A DNA stretch of 64,000 bases from Candidatus Altiarchaeales archaeon (GCA_014727915.1 WJMO01000005.1:288001-352000), one strand, 5' to 3'. Counted from the first letter of the stretch, positions 1 through 9,624 are shown. The notes: generated by a model from the sequence alone, not told the origin. Numbers and translations are program-made.

Positions 1-70
1 CTACGGCCTCTTCAACAGGCTCTTCAGCAGCTTCCTCGACCTCTTCCTTCTTCTTTTTCTTCCTAGCCAT
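1..70 (-). CDS. 5' end of a gene running off the window (MARKKKKKEEVEEAAEEPVEEAV...), product unknown
   Basis: ATG at 70-68 on the minus strand, open frame to the window edge, AT-rich promoter-like region upstream. Confidence 0.6.
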   Translation of the reverse strand, partial: MARKKKKKEEVEEAAEEPVEEAV

Positions 71-353
71 TTTCAAAACCACGAATTAAAAATATTTCAA
101 ATATTTTCAAAATAATTTCAACTAAAATCCAAATTATTTTAAAAACGTCCAACTACCGGTTTTTTGTCTCAGGTAGCCAAACCACCCCACACAAAAGGGC
201 TATAATATATTATATAATATTATTAAAAAGGACGAAAAACAGGAGAAAACGGGGGTGGACGCGACTCCGCCCACGGCTCCGTCGCCCTCATCGGTTGAGC
301 ATTATTATATCCTGATTTCCCTGTATATTGACACGATTTCTCGCACAAAAACT

Positions 354-426
354 GCTGGGGTGGCCAAGCCCGGTTAGGCGATCGGCTGCAGACCGATGAA
401 CGGGGGTTCGAATCCCTCCCCCAGCT
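354..426 (+). tRNA. tRNA-Cys (GCA)
   Basis: Acceptor stem GCTGGGG/CCCCAGC, anticodon arm ATCGG-CTGCAGA-CCGAT, T-loop TTCGAAT, U discriminator, no intron, CCA not encoded. Confidence 0.95.
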
Positions 427-436
427 TTTTGTTTTT
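426..436 (+). terminator. Oligo-T tract after tRNA-Cys (archaeal-type terminator)
   Basis: TTTTTGTTTTT directly following the tRNA. Confidence 0.55.
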
Positions 437-1560
437 CATGTGGCTGTTTCTGTGCAGGCTTTTTGTATGTCCTGGTATTCTATTTCCCTGCAGTATTCGG
501 GTCTGTTATGTCTTTCGGCCAGTAGTCCTATGCAGGCGTATTCCCTTTCCAGTATGCCTGCTTCCTCACAGTCTTCGGCTTCCTTGACGTCTTCTGGGAT
601 GTGCATCCTCTTGCAGGTACCCTGCCATCCGGGGTTTTCGATTTTATTGCAGATGGAATCGTTGTTTAATGCCACCGTGTAGCTTAATGTCTGAGTATCG
701 TAGACTGGTTTGAACGGATTTTCCCCTTCTTCATCTTTCGCATAGCCTCTGAAGGAGATTGTAATGTTCAGATGATCCGAGTTCAATACTGAAATCCTCG
801 ATTGTTCCCTCAGCATTATCCTGAAAACGTACTCTTTCTCCTGGCCGGGTTGGAATGCCCTATCCCGGATGTCGATATTATAGTATGAACTGGAAATTCT
901 TGTGCTGGGCGAGTCCTCCCCTGTTTTTTCCCGGACTAGCTTGTGCGCTGAAGGGTTTATGTCCACGTGCAATCTGGAATCCTCCAACCTGTCATCCAGT
1001 GTGTTCTTCACAGCTACAGTGAACTCGAACTCGTTCGAATACGCATCTGGCGCCTTAACTGTCAGAGCATCTGGTGTTTCTCCTGTCTCGAACATGTTGT
1101 CGGCTTGGAATATTGACATGTGCGCCCTTGACATGTATTTCAGCTCTTCAATTGACGGGTTCTCACGATGTAGCTCCTGGATTGAATACAGTTTCGTGTG
1201 TCCTGAGAGGAAGTAGAGAGTGTCCCCCACATCTCTTCCAATGTTGAACTCTTGTGACAGGGATTCCGTCATCTTAACAGGCCTCCCAACATCGTCTTCA
1301 AAAACCCAGTGGTCGTAGATGCGCTCCCCCATCACTCTCGGCACCTGTCTGCCGTCTCTTTCTTCATCAAGCCTCCTGACGAAGCCGATGTAGAACTCGG
1401 TTGTGTTATGTTCATAAGGAAAAAAATAGCTTGGCTGGTCATCCGCATTCATCTCATCTGCTCCCAGGTCGCTTGGCTGTTCTGCTCCAATACACCCTGG
1501 GAAAGCCGGCAAAAGCAATAATGCCAACAGAGTAATGTAATAATGCCTGTCCATCATCAC
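436..1560 (-). CDS. Exported lipoprotein-like hypothetical protein with C-terminal Cys repeats
   Basis: Hydrophobic signal ending FPGC; C-terminal repeats such as ICNKIE..C and YCREIE..C. Confidence 0.75.
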   Translation of the reverse strand: MMMDRHYYITLLALLLLPAFPGCIGAEQPSDLGADEMNADDQPSYFFPYEHNTTEFYIGFVRRLDEERDGRQVPRVMGERIYDHWVFEDDVGRPVKMTESLSQEFNIGRDVGDTLYFLSGHTKLYSIQELHRENPSIEELKYMSRAHMSIFQADNMFETGETPDALTVKAPDAYSNEFEFTVAVKNTLDDRLEDSRLHVDINPSAHKLVREKTGEDSPSTRISSSYYNIDIRDRAFQPGQEKEYVFRIMLREQSRISVLNSDHLNITISFRGYAKDEEGENPFKPVYDTQTLSYTVALNNDSICNKIENPGWQGTCKRMHIPEDVKEAEDCEEAGILEREYACIGLLAERHNRPEYCREIEYQDIQKACTETAT

Positions 1561-1603
1561 CCTCTTTTTGACTTACCCCTTTATATCATGGATTATGGTT
1601 TTT

Positions 1604-2101
1604 TCACATGTCGACGGTTGTTTGGCCCATGTTCTGGCATCTGTGTTCGAGGGTGCATATCCTGGCGTAGGCTGTGACTGTGATGTCGCATGACTCTTCG
1701 CTGCCTTTTAGCAGTAGTGTTCCATTGTTTGTGTCGTGGACTGTCTTGTCTATGAACTTGTGGAAGCCCTTGTCCTCGCCCAGCTGGTCCACGGACAGTG
1801 TAACATTGTATATGTCCACTCCTGGCGCGTACCATTCGAAGCCCACTATCCTCTCGGTCTTGTTGACTATCCACTTGAAGTATATCTGATTGCCGTCGTC
1901 TCCCTCATCCTCTGCCGTCTCTGCCTTTATGCCCTTGGCGGTCTCAGCAGGTCTTATTTCATCTGCGGCTGTTGTCGTCATGGCCTCATCCGCTTTGAGA
2001 GCCCGGATGAACTGGAATACCAGCACCGCCAACACCGCGCATCCGATGTAGAATAGTATGGTCTCGGAGGTCTTGTTCATGGTTTCATATGTGGTATCCA
2101 A
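1604..2101 (-). CDS. Membrane-anchored hypothetical protein
   Basis: 165-aa ORF with a single N-terminal TM segment. Confidence 0.65.
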   Translation of the reverse strand: MDTTYETMNKTSETILFYIGCAVLAVLVFQFIRALKADEAMTTTAADEIRPAETAKGIKAETAEDEGDDGNQIYFKWIVNKTERIVGFEWYAPGVDIYNVTLSVDQLGEDKGFHKFIDKTVHDTNNGTLLLKGSEESCDITVTAYARICTLEHRCQNMGQTTVDM

Positions 2102-2172
2102 TGCTTAAAGCTTTTGCGTGTCCGGCCCGCTCTACTCTGATGCTTTTATCTTTTCCATGTGATTCATTCTCT

Positions 2173-2925
2173 ATGGGGGTGGAAGTCTTCTACTTTGGAG
2201 TGGCTGTGGTCATCGGGGGTCTCTTGTTGTTCTACAGGGGCTTCAGGTGGTTCCGGGAGAACCAGCTAATACATAACACCCCCACCTCAAAGGTCCGGTC
2301 CATGGCAATGGGCCGGGTTGAGCTGTACGGGACCATCGAATCCTGCCCTAAAAAAGAGGTTAAGACCCCATTCAGCGGATTGCCGTGTGTCTGGTGCAAG
2401 TGGGTTGTCGAAGAGCGCCGGTCCTACGGCGACGATAAGAAGTGGACCAAGGTTAAAGAGGGCGTGTTGAACGGTCTCTTCTACCTCCGGGACGAGACCG
2501 GCAAGGTAATGGTATACCCCAAGAATGCTGATGTTGACGTGCCGCAGTTCAGGGAGTACTCGAACAGGATGTTCGGCAGCCTTCCCCAGGGTGCCCTCAG
2601 CTTCCTGGAAGGCAGGGGACTTAAGACATCCGGTCTCTTCGGCTCTGACCGGACCTTCCGGCTCACCGAGTATTTTCTCATGCCCGGGGATGAAGTGTAC
2701 GTTCTCGGCACCGCCCGGGACAACCCGCTGGTGGAGGACGGCACCTCCGACATAAACGAGGAAGACATCATAGTATGCGGCGGAGAGTTCTTCTACATCT
2801 CCCGAAGGCCCCTCAAGGACGTTCACGAATACCACGCCGCGAAGGTCATAACTGGCTTCGGCGGGGGCATACTCCTCACTTTGGCGGGTGTATATCTGAT
2901 GCTCTACTATTTAGGCATCGTATAG
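2173..2925 (+). CDS. GIDE-domain membrane protein (MUL1/SP1 intermembrane domain-like)
   Basis: TM-NTPTSKVRS..GRVELYG..PFSG.PCVW..FYLRDETG..E..L.PGDEVYVLG-TM pattern; adjacent to lemA; start taken at ATG 2173. Confidence 0.8.
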   Translation: MGVEVFYFGVAVVIGGLLLFYRGFRWFRENQLIHNTPTSKVRSMAMGRVELYGTIESCPKKEVKTPFSGLPCVWCKWVVEERRSYGDDKKWTKVKEGVLNGLFYLRDETGKVMVYPKNADVDVPQFREYSNRMFGSLPQGALSFLEGRGLKTSGLFGSDRTFRLTEYFLMPGDEVYVLGTARDNPLVEDGTSDINEEDIIVCGGEFFYISRRPLKDVHEYHAAKVITGFGGGILLTLAGVYLMLYYLGIV

Positions 2926-2941
2926 TAATCCTTTTAATGTC

Positions 2942-3517
2942 ATGTTCCTTGGTTTGATCATATTAGCTGTCGTCGCTTTCCTATTGTCAGCAGTAATGGT
3001 CGCCAACTACCTGGTGGGAACATACAACAGCCTGGTCGAGTTGAAGAACGACATCGTTAAGGCGTGGGCCAACATCGACGTTCTTCTGAAGCAGCGCAGC
3101 GATGAGGTGCCCAACCTAGTCAGCACAGTGAAGGGCTACATGGCCCACGAACGGGAGGTCCTGGAGGCCGTCACACAAGCCCGTGCTTCGGTTGTGCGGG
3201 CAGGTTCCGTCGGCGAGAAGGCAGCAACCAACGATATGTTGGAGGTTGCGTTGGGCCGGCTGTTCGCGGTCGTGGAGGCATATCCTGAGCTGAAGGCAGA
3301 TGAGAGCTTCCTGGAGCTGCAGAAGCGGATAACCCGTTTGGAGAACGAGATCGCCGACAGGAGAGAGTTCTACAACGATGCCGTTACCATCTTCAACACC
3401 CGCATTGAATCCTACCCTGACCGATTCGTCGCCGGCTGGATGGGTTTGAGGCGAAGACCCCTATTCAAGGCGAGGCCCAGGGAGCGTCTGAGGGTCAAGA
3501 CGAGCTTCACCAAGTAA
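2942..3517 (+). CDS. lemA: LemA family protein
   Basis: YNSLV..AWANIDVLLKQRSDEVPNLV..E.YPELKA..RREFYNDAV..FN motifs. Confidence 0.93.
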   Translation: MFLGLIILAVVAFLLSAVMVANYLVGTYNSLVELKNDIVKAWANIDVLLKQRSDEVPNLVSTVKGYMAHEREVLEAVTQARASVVRAGSVGEKAATNDMLEVALGRLFAVVEAYPELKADESFLELQKRITRLENEIADRREFYNDAVTIFNTRIESYPDRFVAGWMGLRRRPLFKARPRERLRVKTSFTK

Positions 3518-3531
3518 GAAACTGCATGAAC

Positions 3532-4362
3532 CTATATATAAACCCCTTTAACCGGTGTCTTCTGCGTTTTTACCGTGTTTTTCCCGCTCTCTTTGGTCTC
3601 ATAGTCCAGTTCAACCACAATGTCATATTCCCCTCCTGGTACTCCTGGGATGCATTCGGTCGAGAATCTCAACGATTCATCCGCTTCTATGACTCCCCTG
3701 TAGTCGAGGCTGCACTTCACCACTCCGTCCTCAACCACCCTAATCTGCCCGACGGTCAACTCACCGGGTCCCTCGTTCCTGAACTCTGCCTTGAAAGTGC
3801 CGGCGGAGAAGAACATTATCCTGTCCGGTTTCGGTTCCAGCCTGTATATTCCGTCAGATGCTATGGCGGCTGTGGTCTGGTTCCGTATGCCAGCTCCCTG
3901 CCTCGTCTCGTACTCCCTCCATAGGTCCTTTCTTGGGATGTCGTCATGTGCTTGCATGGACTGCATTAGAAGGAGGCCTGCTGACAGCAATGTGATGGAA
4001 AGTGCGAATGCCATAAGCTGGTTGTATCGCTTTTCCGCCTTCTCCCCGGCCACTATGATGTTGCTGAACTCGCCCGCGTTGCCGTACAGTACCATGAGGA
4101 ACACCATGCTCTTACCGATGTTCACGACCGTTAGCAAGTCGGGTATGTCGTTGAATGAGACGATGATGTTGACTATCTGGTATATGACTGCCACCCTGTA
4201 GGCATTCGTGAAGCGCTTCAGGACGCCGGCGCCCGTGAGCAAAAGCAGGATACCAAGGCTCAACCCCAACATGTCCCCCCTGTAGGCTGAGAACACTATC
4301 AGGCTCTCCATGAGGAACACCAACCCTATGAAGTCTACTGCGCGGGAGCTCCTCCTATCCAA
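3532..4362 (-). CDS. Multi-pass membrane protein with C-terminal extracellular beta domain
   Basis: About five hydrophobic segments, then a FRNEGPGELTV-type Ig-like region. Confidence 0.65.
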   Translation of the reverse strand: MDRRSSRAVDFIGLVFLMESLIVFSAYRGDMLGLSLGILLLLTGAGVLKRFTNAYRVAVIYQIVNIIVSFNDIPDLLTVVNIGKSMVFLMVLYGNAGEFSNIIVAGEKAEKRYNQLMAFALSITLLSAGLLLMQSMQAHDDIPRKDLWREYETRQGAGIRNQTTAAIASDGIYRLEPKPDRIMFFSAGTFKAEFRNEGPGELTVGQIRVVEDGVVKCSLDYRGVIEADESLRFSTECIPGVPGGEYDIVVELDYETKESGKNTVKTQKTPVKGVYI

Positions 4363-4405
4363 GGGATACCACCACTAAGACTATTCTTGGGCAGCGTATA
4401 AAACT

Positions 4406-5494
4406 TTACTCGAACAGCTTCAGGTATTCCCCATAACCCTTCTCTCCCAGTTCTTCTTTGGGTATGAACTTCAAAGCCGCCGAGTTTATGCAGTATCTAG
4501 TGCCTGTGGGGGGTGGTCCGTCCTCGAAGACATGGCCGAGGTGGCTGTCTCCCTCCCTGCTCCTTACCTCGGTCCTCACCATCCCCAGAGTTCGGTCCGT
4601 GTTCTCTACTATGGTGTCCTCTTCTATGGGCCTGTTGAAGCTCGGCCACCCTGTTCCGGAGTCGAACTTGTCCGTCGAGCTGAACAGCGGCTCCCCAGAT
4701 ACTATGTCGACGTATATGCCCTCACTCTTGTTATCCCAGTACTCGTTGTTGAAGGCTGCTTCGGTCCCGTTCTCCCTGGTCACCCTATACTGGGTGGGAG
4801 TCAGCTTCTCCCTGAGCTCATCCTCCGAAGGGCGTTTATATCCCCTTTCACCGCCGGAGCCAGGTTTGGGACCGTCTTCTACCCCGTCTTTCCACACGCT
4901 CTTGAGGTAGCCTTCCCTCCTGGACATTGCCTTGTAGCCCTTGTATTGGACGGGGTTCTTCTTGTAGTAGTCCTGGTGGTATTCCTCAGCTGGGTAGAAG
5001 CCCGTGTATTCCCTTATCTCGGTCGCGATGGGCCTCTTGAACTTCCCCGACCCGTTCAGCCTCTTCTTGGACTCCTCGGCCAGCCTCTTCTGTATGCTGT
5101 TGTGGTAGAATATCACCGTCTGATACTGGCTTCCCCTGTCCGCGAACTGGCCGATTGCGTCCGTGGGGTCTATCTGCTGCCAGTACACCTCCAAGAGCTC
5201 ATCATACCCTATGCTCTCCGGGTCGTATGTTATCTGCACCGCCTCCACATGCCCTGTGCCTCCCTCCGACACCTTCTTGTAGGTCGCGTCCTCATCGCTT
5301 CCACCGCTGTACCCTACTGTGACCTCAACCACTCCCTCCAGATTCTCAAAGGGTGGTTCCATGCACCAGAAGCAACCTCCTGCAAACGTTGCCTTCTCAA
5401 CCTCCCCCTCATACTCTGGTATTCCCTCTTTTGGTTCCATGCATCCGCCTCCTGTCAAAACTATCAATAAAACGATGACGGCCTTGTTCATCAT
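4406..5494 (-). CDS. msrAB: Bifunctional peptide-methionine sulfoxide reductase MsrA/MsrB with signal peptide
   Basis: GGCFWCME and AEEYHQDY (MsrA); GTGWPSF, HLGHVF and RYCINS (MsrB). Confidence 0.96.
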   Translation of the reverse strand: MMNKAVIVLLIVLTGGGCMEPKEGIPEYEGEVEKATFAGGCFWCMEPPFENLEGVVEVTVGYSGGSDEDATYKKVSEGGTGHVEAVQITYDPESIGYDELLEVYWQQIDPTDAIGQFADRGSQYQTVIFYHNSIQKRLAEESKKRLNGSGKFKRPIATEIREYTGFYPAEEYHQDYYKKNPVQYKGYKAMSRREGYLKSVWKDGVEDGPKPGSGGERGYKRPSEDELREKLTPTQYRVTRENGTEAAFNNEYWDNKSEGIYVDIVSGEPLFSSTDKFDSGTGWPSFNRPIEEDTIVENTDRTLGMVRTEVRSREGDSHLGHVFEDGPPPTGTRYCINSAALKFIPKEELGEKGYGEYLKLFE

Positions 5495-5590
5495 CTATCT
5501 TCCCTCATCATTCTATTAAATACTTGGCAGTTACGGGTTGGTAATGTTTTCTAAACCCTTTTTCTTCTCCTAATCGAATTATTTCACCTA

Positions 5591-5947
5591 ATGGAAGCTG
5601 ATACCATCTTCTTTGTCGAGCGGGATGTCTGCGACAGCAGTGCCTGGTCGCTGAAATGGGGCACTCTAATACTCTATAAGGCGGGTTTGGTGTTCTATTA
5701 TAACCGGCCCCGCGCTGAAGAGCCGGAGAGACTGCAGGACGTGGTCAAGACCGGCGACATCCTGGAGGTGCGGGTTGAGAAGATGGACTGGCTGGTGAGC
5801 AAGATATTCTGGGTGGGCCGCAAGCTCGTGGTGTTCAAGACACGGGAGGGGGAGAAGAAATACTATCTCAGGGAAACTGAAAAGCTGTTCATGGCCTTTG
5901 ACATGCTGGACAACTCGATCAAGTGCGTGGACAAATCCAAAAAATGA
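5591..5947 (+). CDS. Hypothetical protein (possible PH-like fold)
   Basis: 118-aa ORF filling an intergenic gap; beta-rich with C-terminal helix. Confidence 0.6.
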   Translation: MEADTIFFVERDVCDSSAWSLKWGTLILYKAGLVFYYNRPRAEEPERLQDVVKTGDILEVRVEKMDWLVSKIFWVGRKLVVFKTREGEKKYYLRETEKLFMAFDMLDNSIKCVDKSKK

Positions 5948-6126
5948 CCTTAAACAGGCCCAACAACCTTTTTATTCGAGTATTCCCTATCTCTACGACC
6001 CTGGGGGTGTTTATATCCTATATAGGTCAAAATCCCTATTAGGATAAAACCGCACATTCTGGTGTGGTTTATATTCCGCCATTGGTTAATCTTTTAACTC
6101 AATTTTGGTTTTCAAGGTGATATGCG

Positions 6127-6714
6127 ATGTTGGTAGTTATGACCGGCGTGCCCGGTGTCGGGAAGTCGACTGTTGTCAAGACCGCCTTCAAACAGGCGGA
6201 GGAGAAGGGAATAGACGTTAACTTTGACCTCGTTAACTTCGGGGACATGATGCTCAAGACCGCCGAGAAGGAGGGTCTTGTCAAGCACCGTGACGAGATG
6301 AGGCAGCTGCCCGTGGAGCAGCAGCACAGCATACAGAAGCATGCTGCAGCCGAGATAAGGAAGATGGCTGACAGCGGAGACGTCATATTGGACACTCACG
6401 CGTCCATCGAGACCCCGAACGGTTTCATACCCGGCATGCCCGAGTGGGTTTTGCGGGAGATGAAGCCTGATGTGATCGTGGTCTTGGAGAGCAGGCCTGA
6501 GGACGTCAACAAGTTCCGGAAGAAGGACTTGGGAGACGATTTCCGGAGGCGCGAGGTCGACAACATCGAGGGCATAGAGAGGCATCAGAGCGTCAACCGG
6601 AGCATTGCCATGGCATATTCGGTTTTCACAGGGACTCCCATCAAGCTGATCTGGAAGCCTGAGGGCACCCTACCCCGGGCTGCAGAGGAACTATTAGGTG
6701 TTTTAAGTGCTTGA
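6127..6714 (+). CDS. adkA: Archaeal adenylate kinase
   Basis: TGVPGVGKSTV, NFGD.M, RDEMR.L, DTHA..TP.G..PGMP. Confidence 0.95.
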   Translation: MLVVMTGVPGVGKSTVVKTAFKQAEEKGIDVNFDLVNFGDMMLKTAEKEGLVKHRDEMRQLPVEQQHSIQKHAAAEIRKMADSGDVILDTHASIETPNGFIPGMPEWVLREMKPDVIVVLESRPEDVNKFRKKDLGDDFRRREVDNIEGIERHQSVNRSIAMAYSVFTGTPIKLIWKPEGTLPRAAEELLGVLSA

Positions 6715-7483
6715 GATCACTACTGCGGGGCAGGTTATCGGGGTCATCTCCGCTGGCATGGCTCTCATGAGCTCGCTGGTCCGGCATGCGGTATTGGACA
6801 AGGACAAGCTCAAATCCCAGAAGTTGAAGCTCAAGGAGAAGCAGTCGCTGATGAAGGAGGCTCAGAAGAGCAAGGACATGAAGGCCATGCAGAAGCACCA
6901 GAAGGAGATGATGGACCTCTCTATGGAGCAGATGCGCCACGGTATGAAGCCCATGATATTCACCATAATACCCTTCATACTCGTGTTCGGGTGGCTTCGC
7001 GGAACATATGGCGTTGCAGGCTATATCTACAATGTCTCCGTCACTGATTCACTGCCTCCTGGCATCGAATTCTCCGGCGTTGAAGCGGGGGACGGGAACT
7101 ATGTTAAGCCGACCCGTCAGGTCTCATGGGAGTGGGAGGAGATTAAACCGGGTGAGAAGGGCGAGTTGTCGGTTAATCTGATAGTTGATGGTTCCCCGGA
7201 AGTTGGCGTTTCCGATACTCCGACCGAGGTGGAGTATGTCTTCCCGAACGGTACTGGAGCCTCCTACATGTTAGGCGTCAACGGCGGCAGCTCACAGCTT
7301 GAGGTCGTGAAGACCCAGCCGGAAACCCAAGGTAATAAGCTTACCTACAATATACTCTATGAGAACACCGGATCTGGAACGGTTGCATCGTTATTCGGGT
7401 TCAACCTGTCCTGGTTCTGGTGGTATTTCCTTTGCAGCGTACTGGTTTCGATGATATTAAACAAAGCATTAGGTTTAACATAG
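6707..7483 (+). CDS. EMC3/TMCO1 (DUF106, Oxa1 superfamily) membrane insertase with inserted extracellular domain
   Basis: Coiled coil, MKPMIFTIIPFILVF and WFWWYFLCS; conserved position between adkA and rpl34e. Confidence 0.88.
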   Translation: MLEITTAGQVIGVISAGMALMSSLVRHAVLDKDKLKSQKLKLKEKQSLMKEAQKSKDMKAMQKHQKEMMDLSMEQMRHGMKPMIFTIIPFILVFGWLRGTYGVAGYIYNVSVTDSLPPGIEFSGVEAGDGNYVKPTRQVSWEWEEIKPGEKGELSVNLIVDGSPEVGVSDTPTEVEYVFPNGTGASYMLGVNGGSSQLEVVKTQPETQGNKLTYNILYENTGSGTVASLFGFNLSWFWWYFLCSVLVSMILNKALGLT

Positions 7484-7492
7484 GAGGATAAA

Positions 7493-7963
7493 ATGGTAGC
7501 GCCAAGCAAGCGAACAAGGTCTACGAAGAAGGTTAGGCGTAAGACACCCGGCGGGAAGAACACCACCCTCTTCAGGAGGGCGAAGTCCGCCAAGCCCAGA
7601 TGCGGGAGATGCGGAAAGCAGCTGTCAGGTATGGCATCAGGCACTGCGACGGAGATGAAGTCATTCAACAAGAGTTCTAAGGTGCCTGCGAGGCCGTATG
7701 CGGGCGTCCTATGCACCGACTGCCTTGACGGTCTGGTCAGGTATGTCACGCGCATGGAGGCCAAGCACAAGGAGTCTGCTTTCGCCGACCTTAACCTTCA
7801 GAGGGATTTGACCCTTGAGAAGTATCTCCCGAGGGGATGGTGGGGTGAGGTCTCCGCTGGTAAGGTGTCCGTGAAGAAGGACGGTAAGAAGCCGGCCGGG
7901 AAGAGGACCGACTCCAAGTCAAAAGCCAAGACCGTCAAGAAGAAGGCCAAGAAAAAGGCTTAA
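7493..7963 (+). CDS. rpl34e: 50S ribosomal protein L34e with C-terminal extension
   Basis: RKTPGG, C..CGK.L.G, RPYAG.LC..C; GGAGG RBS upstream. Confidence 0.92.
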   Translation: MVAPSKRTRSTKKVRRKTPGGKNTTLFRRAKSAKPRCGRCGKQLSGMASGTATEMKSFNKSSKVPARPYAGVLCTDCLDGLVRYVTRMEAKHKESAFADLNLQRDLTLEKYLPRGWWGEVSAGKVSVKKDGKKPAGKRTDSKSKAKTVKKKAKKKA

Positions 7964-7979
7964 AATCCTTTCAGGGTTT

Positions 7980-8507
7980 ATGATGATAGTCACCGTCGGT
8001 GGTTCAGCCGCTTCGGGCAAGTCCACCCTCGCAGGGGCTTTAGCTGAGCGGCTGGGATTCAACCATGTCTCCGCAGGCCAGGTCATGCGTGACATGGCCG
8101 CTGAGAAGGGGATGTCATTGGTTGAGTTCTCCAAATACGCGGAGGAACACCCTGAAGTCGACCGTGAGATTGACATGCGGCAGAAGGAGCTTGCAGTCGG
8201 GGATTCTGTCGTTGACGGAAGGCTGTCAAGGTATTTCCTAGAGCCTGACGTGTCCATATGGCTAACTGCCCCAGTTGATGTCAGGGCTGAGCGTGTCCTC
8301 GGCCGGGGTGAGAAGTACGAGTCCGTCAGCGCCGCTAGGAAGGACATCATCGAGCGGGATTCCAGCGAGCGCAGGCGTTACCTGGAATTCTACGATATCG
8401 ACCTGGACGACCTGAGCCAATACGATCTCGTGCTGAACACGGGCAGGTTCAACATCGAGCAGATGACCTCTCTGGCTTCGGCGGCCGTGGATTCTTTAAG
8501 GAATTAG
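7980..8507 (+). CDS. cmk: Cytidylate kinase (archaeal)
   Basis: GSAASGKST, SAG..R.MA.E.GMSL.EF, D.EID, RY..FY.ID..D.S.YDLV.NT. Confidence 0.93.
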   Translation: MMIVTVGGSAASGKSTLAGALAERLGFNHVSAGQVMRDMAAEKGMSLVEFSKYAEEHPEVDREIDMRQKELAVGDSVVDGRLSRYFLEPDVSIWLTAPVDVRAERVLGRGEKYESVSAARKDIIERDSSERRRYLEFYDIDLDDLSQYDLVLNTGRFNIEQMTSLASAAVDSLRN

Positions 8508-8525
8508 TTCAATTCTTTTAATGTC

Positions 8526-9101
8526 ATGGACGGCGGGCAGGATTTTCTGATGAAGCGCCTTATCTCGATGGCCAGGCTCACCGCAGACCCCAGCACGCTC
8601 ATCAGGACAATATACGAGGAGGAGCAGCGTAACCCCGACAACCACATGGTCTACGTGCTCAAGGGTTGGGCTCAGTCGGGGATGGGAAAGAATACCGCTG
8701 CTCTGGAGTCCTTTGACCGTGCCATAGAGTTGAATCCCCGGAGTGCATGGGGGTATTATGGGAAGGGCGAAGCTTTGAGGGAGCTCAGGAGGTTTGATGA
8801 GGCTTTGAAGTGCTTCTCGCGGGCTGTTGAGCTGAAGCCCCGCAGGGCTGATTTCTGGCTTAGCAAGGGTTTTATGGAAGAGGAGGTTGGCATGCTGAAG
8901 GCAGCCGGGGAATCCTTCAAAAAGGCGATTAGCTTGGGGGATAGGAGTGGTTGGGCCCAGTATGGTCAGTCCAGGCTTCTCGTCTATGAGGAGAGGCTGG
9001 AGGAGGCGCTTGACGAGTGCAGGAACGCTATGCAGTTGAGCCCTGACGAGGAGGAGTTCAAGATGCATGAGGCCTTCATCCTGGACCTGATCAAGGATTA
9101 G
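8526..9101 (+). CDS. Tetratricopeptide repeat protein
   Basis: Several TPR motifs (FDRAIELNP, FSRAVELKP). Confidence 0.85.
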   Translation: MDGGQDFLMKRLISMARLTADPSTLIRTIYEEEQRNPDNHMVYVLKGWAQSGMGKNTAALESFDRAIELNPRSAWGYYGKGEALRELRRFDEALKCFSRAVELKPRRADFWLSKGFMEEEVGMLKAAGESFKKAISLGDRSGWAQYGQSRLLVYEERLEEALDECRNAMQLSPDEEEFKMHEAFILDLIKD

Positions 9102-9125
9102 GTTCTTTTATTTTGTCCAAGCTAA

Positions 9126-9614
9126 ATGTTTAACAAGATGAGAGTGAAGTTGAGGGGTCAGGGTTCGCTTGAGTTCATCATGACCTACGGTTGGGTCCTG
9201 CTCGTGCTCTTGGTCGTTGTCGTGGTCATGTGGCAGTGGGGTTTGTTCGACATAGGCGCTAGTGTCGATCCCGGCAGCTTTGGGTTCTGGGGGTTGGTCG
9301 TGGCCCAGGGCAACGAGTTCATACTGGACGAGTCCGGCAGCCTGCAGGTGAGCTTGCTCAACAACATCGGATACAACATCACATTGTTCAACTATTCGGC
9401 TACCATCGATGGCGTCTACAAGCAGTGCGAGGCGTGCACGCCGTTGGTCATCGAACCCGGCGAGAACGAGGTCATACAGTTGGACCATTTCGAATGGGGC
9501 CGGCCCTCCGGCAAGAGGTTCGACGCATTTCTCGTTCTCCAGTACAATGACAGCCGAACCGGCGGGGAAGTCTACCAGAGCTCCGGACGCATATGGGGCA
9601 ACGCAGAGCTATAG
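9126..9614 (+). CDS. Class III signal peptide pilin-like protein
   Basis: KLRG/QGSLEFIMTYGW followed by a hydrophobic stretch. Confidence 0.85.
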   Translation: MFNKMRVKLRGQGSLEFIMTYGWVLLVLLVVVVVMWQWGLFDIGASVDPGSFGFWGLVVAQGNEFILDESGSLQVSLLNNIGYNITLFNYSATIDGVYKQCEACTPLVIEPGENEVIQLDHFEWGRPSGKRFDAFLVLQYNDSRTGGEVYQSSGRIWGNAEL

Positions 9615-9624
9615 GGCTTCTGGC

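Noticed and set aside
71-230. Replication origin or dif site
   Set aside because: AT-rich with short repeats, but no recognisable ORB boxes, adjacent cdc6 or 11-6-11 inverted repeat; a promoter region suffices
396-587. 63-aa ORF
   Set aside because: Starts inside tRNA-Cys and overlaps the 436-1560 gene on the opposite strand
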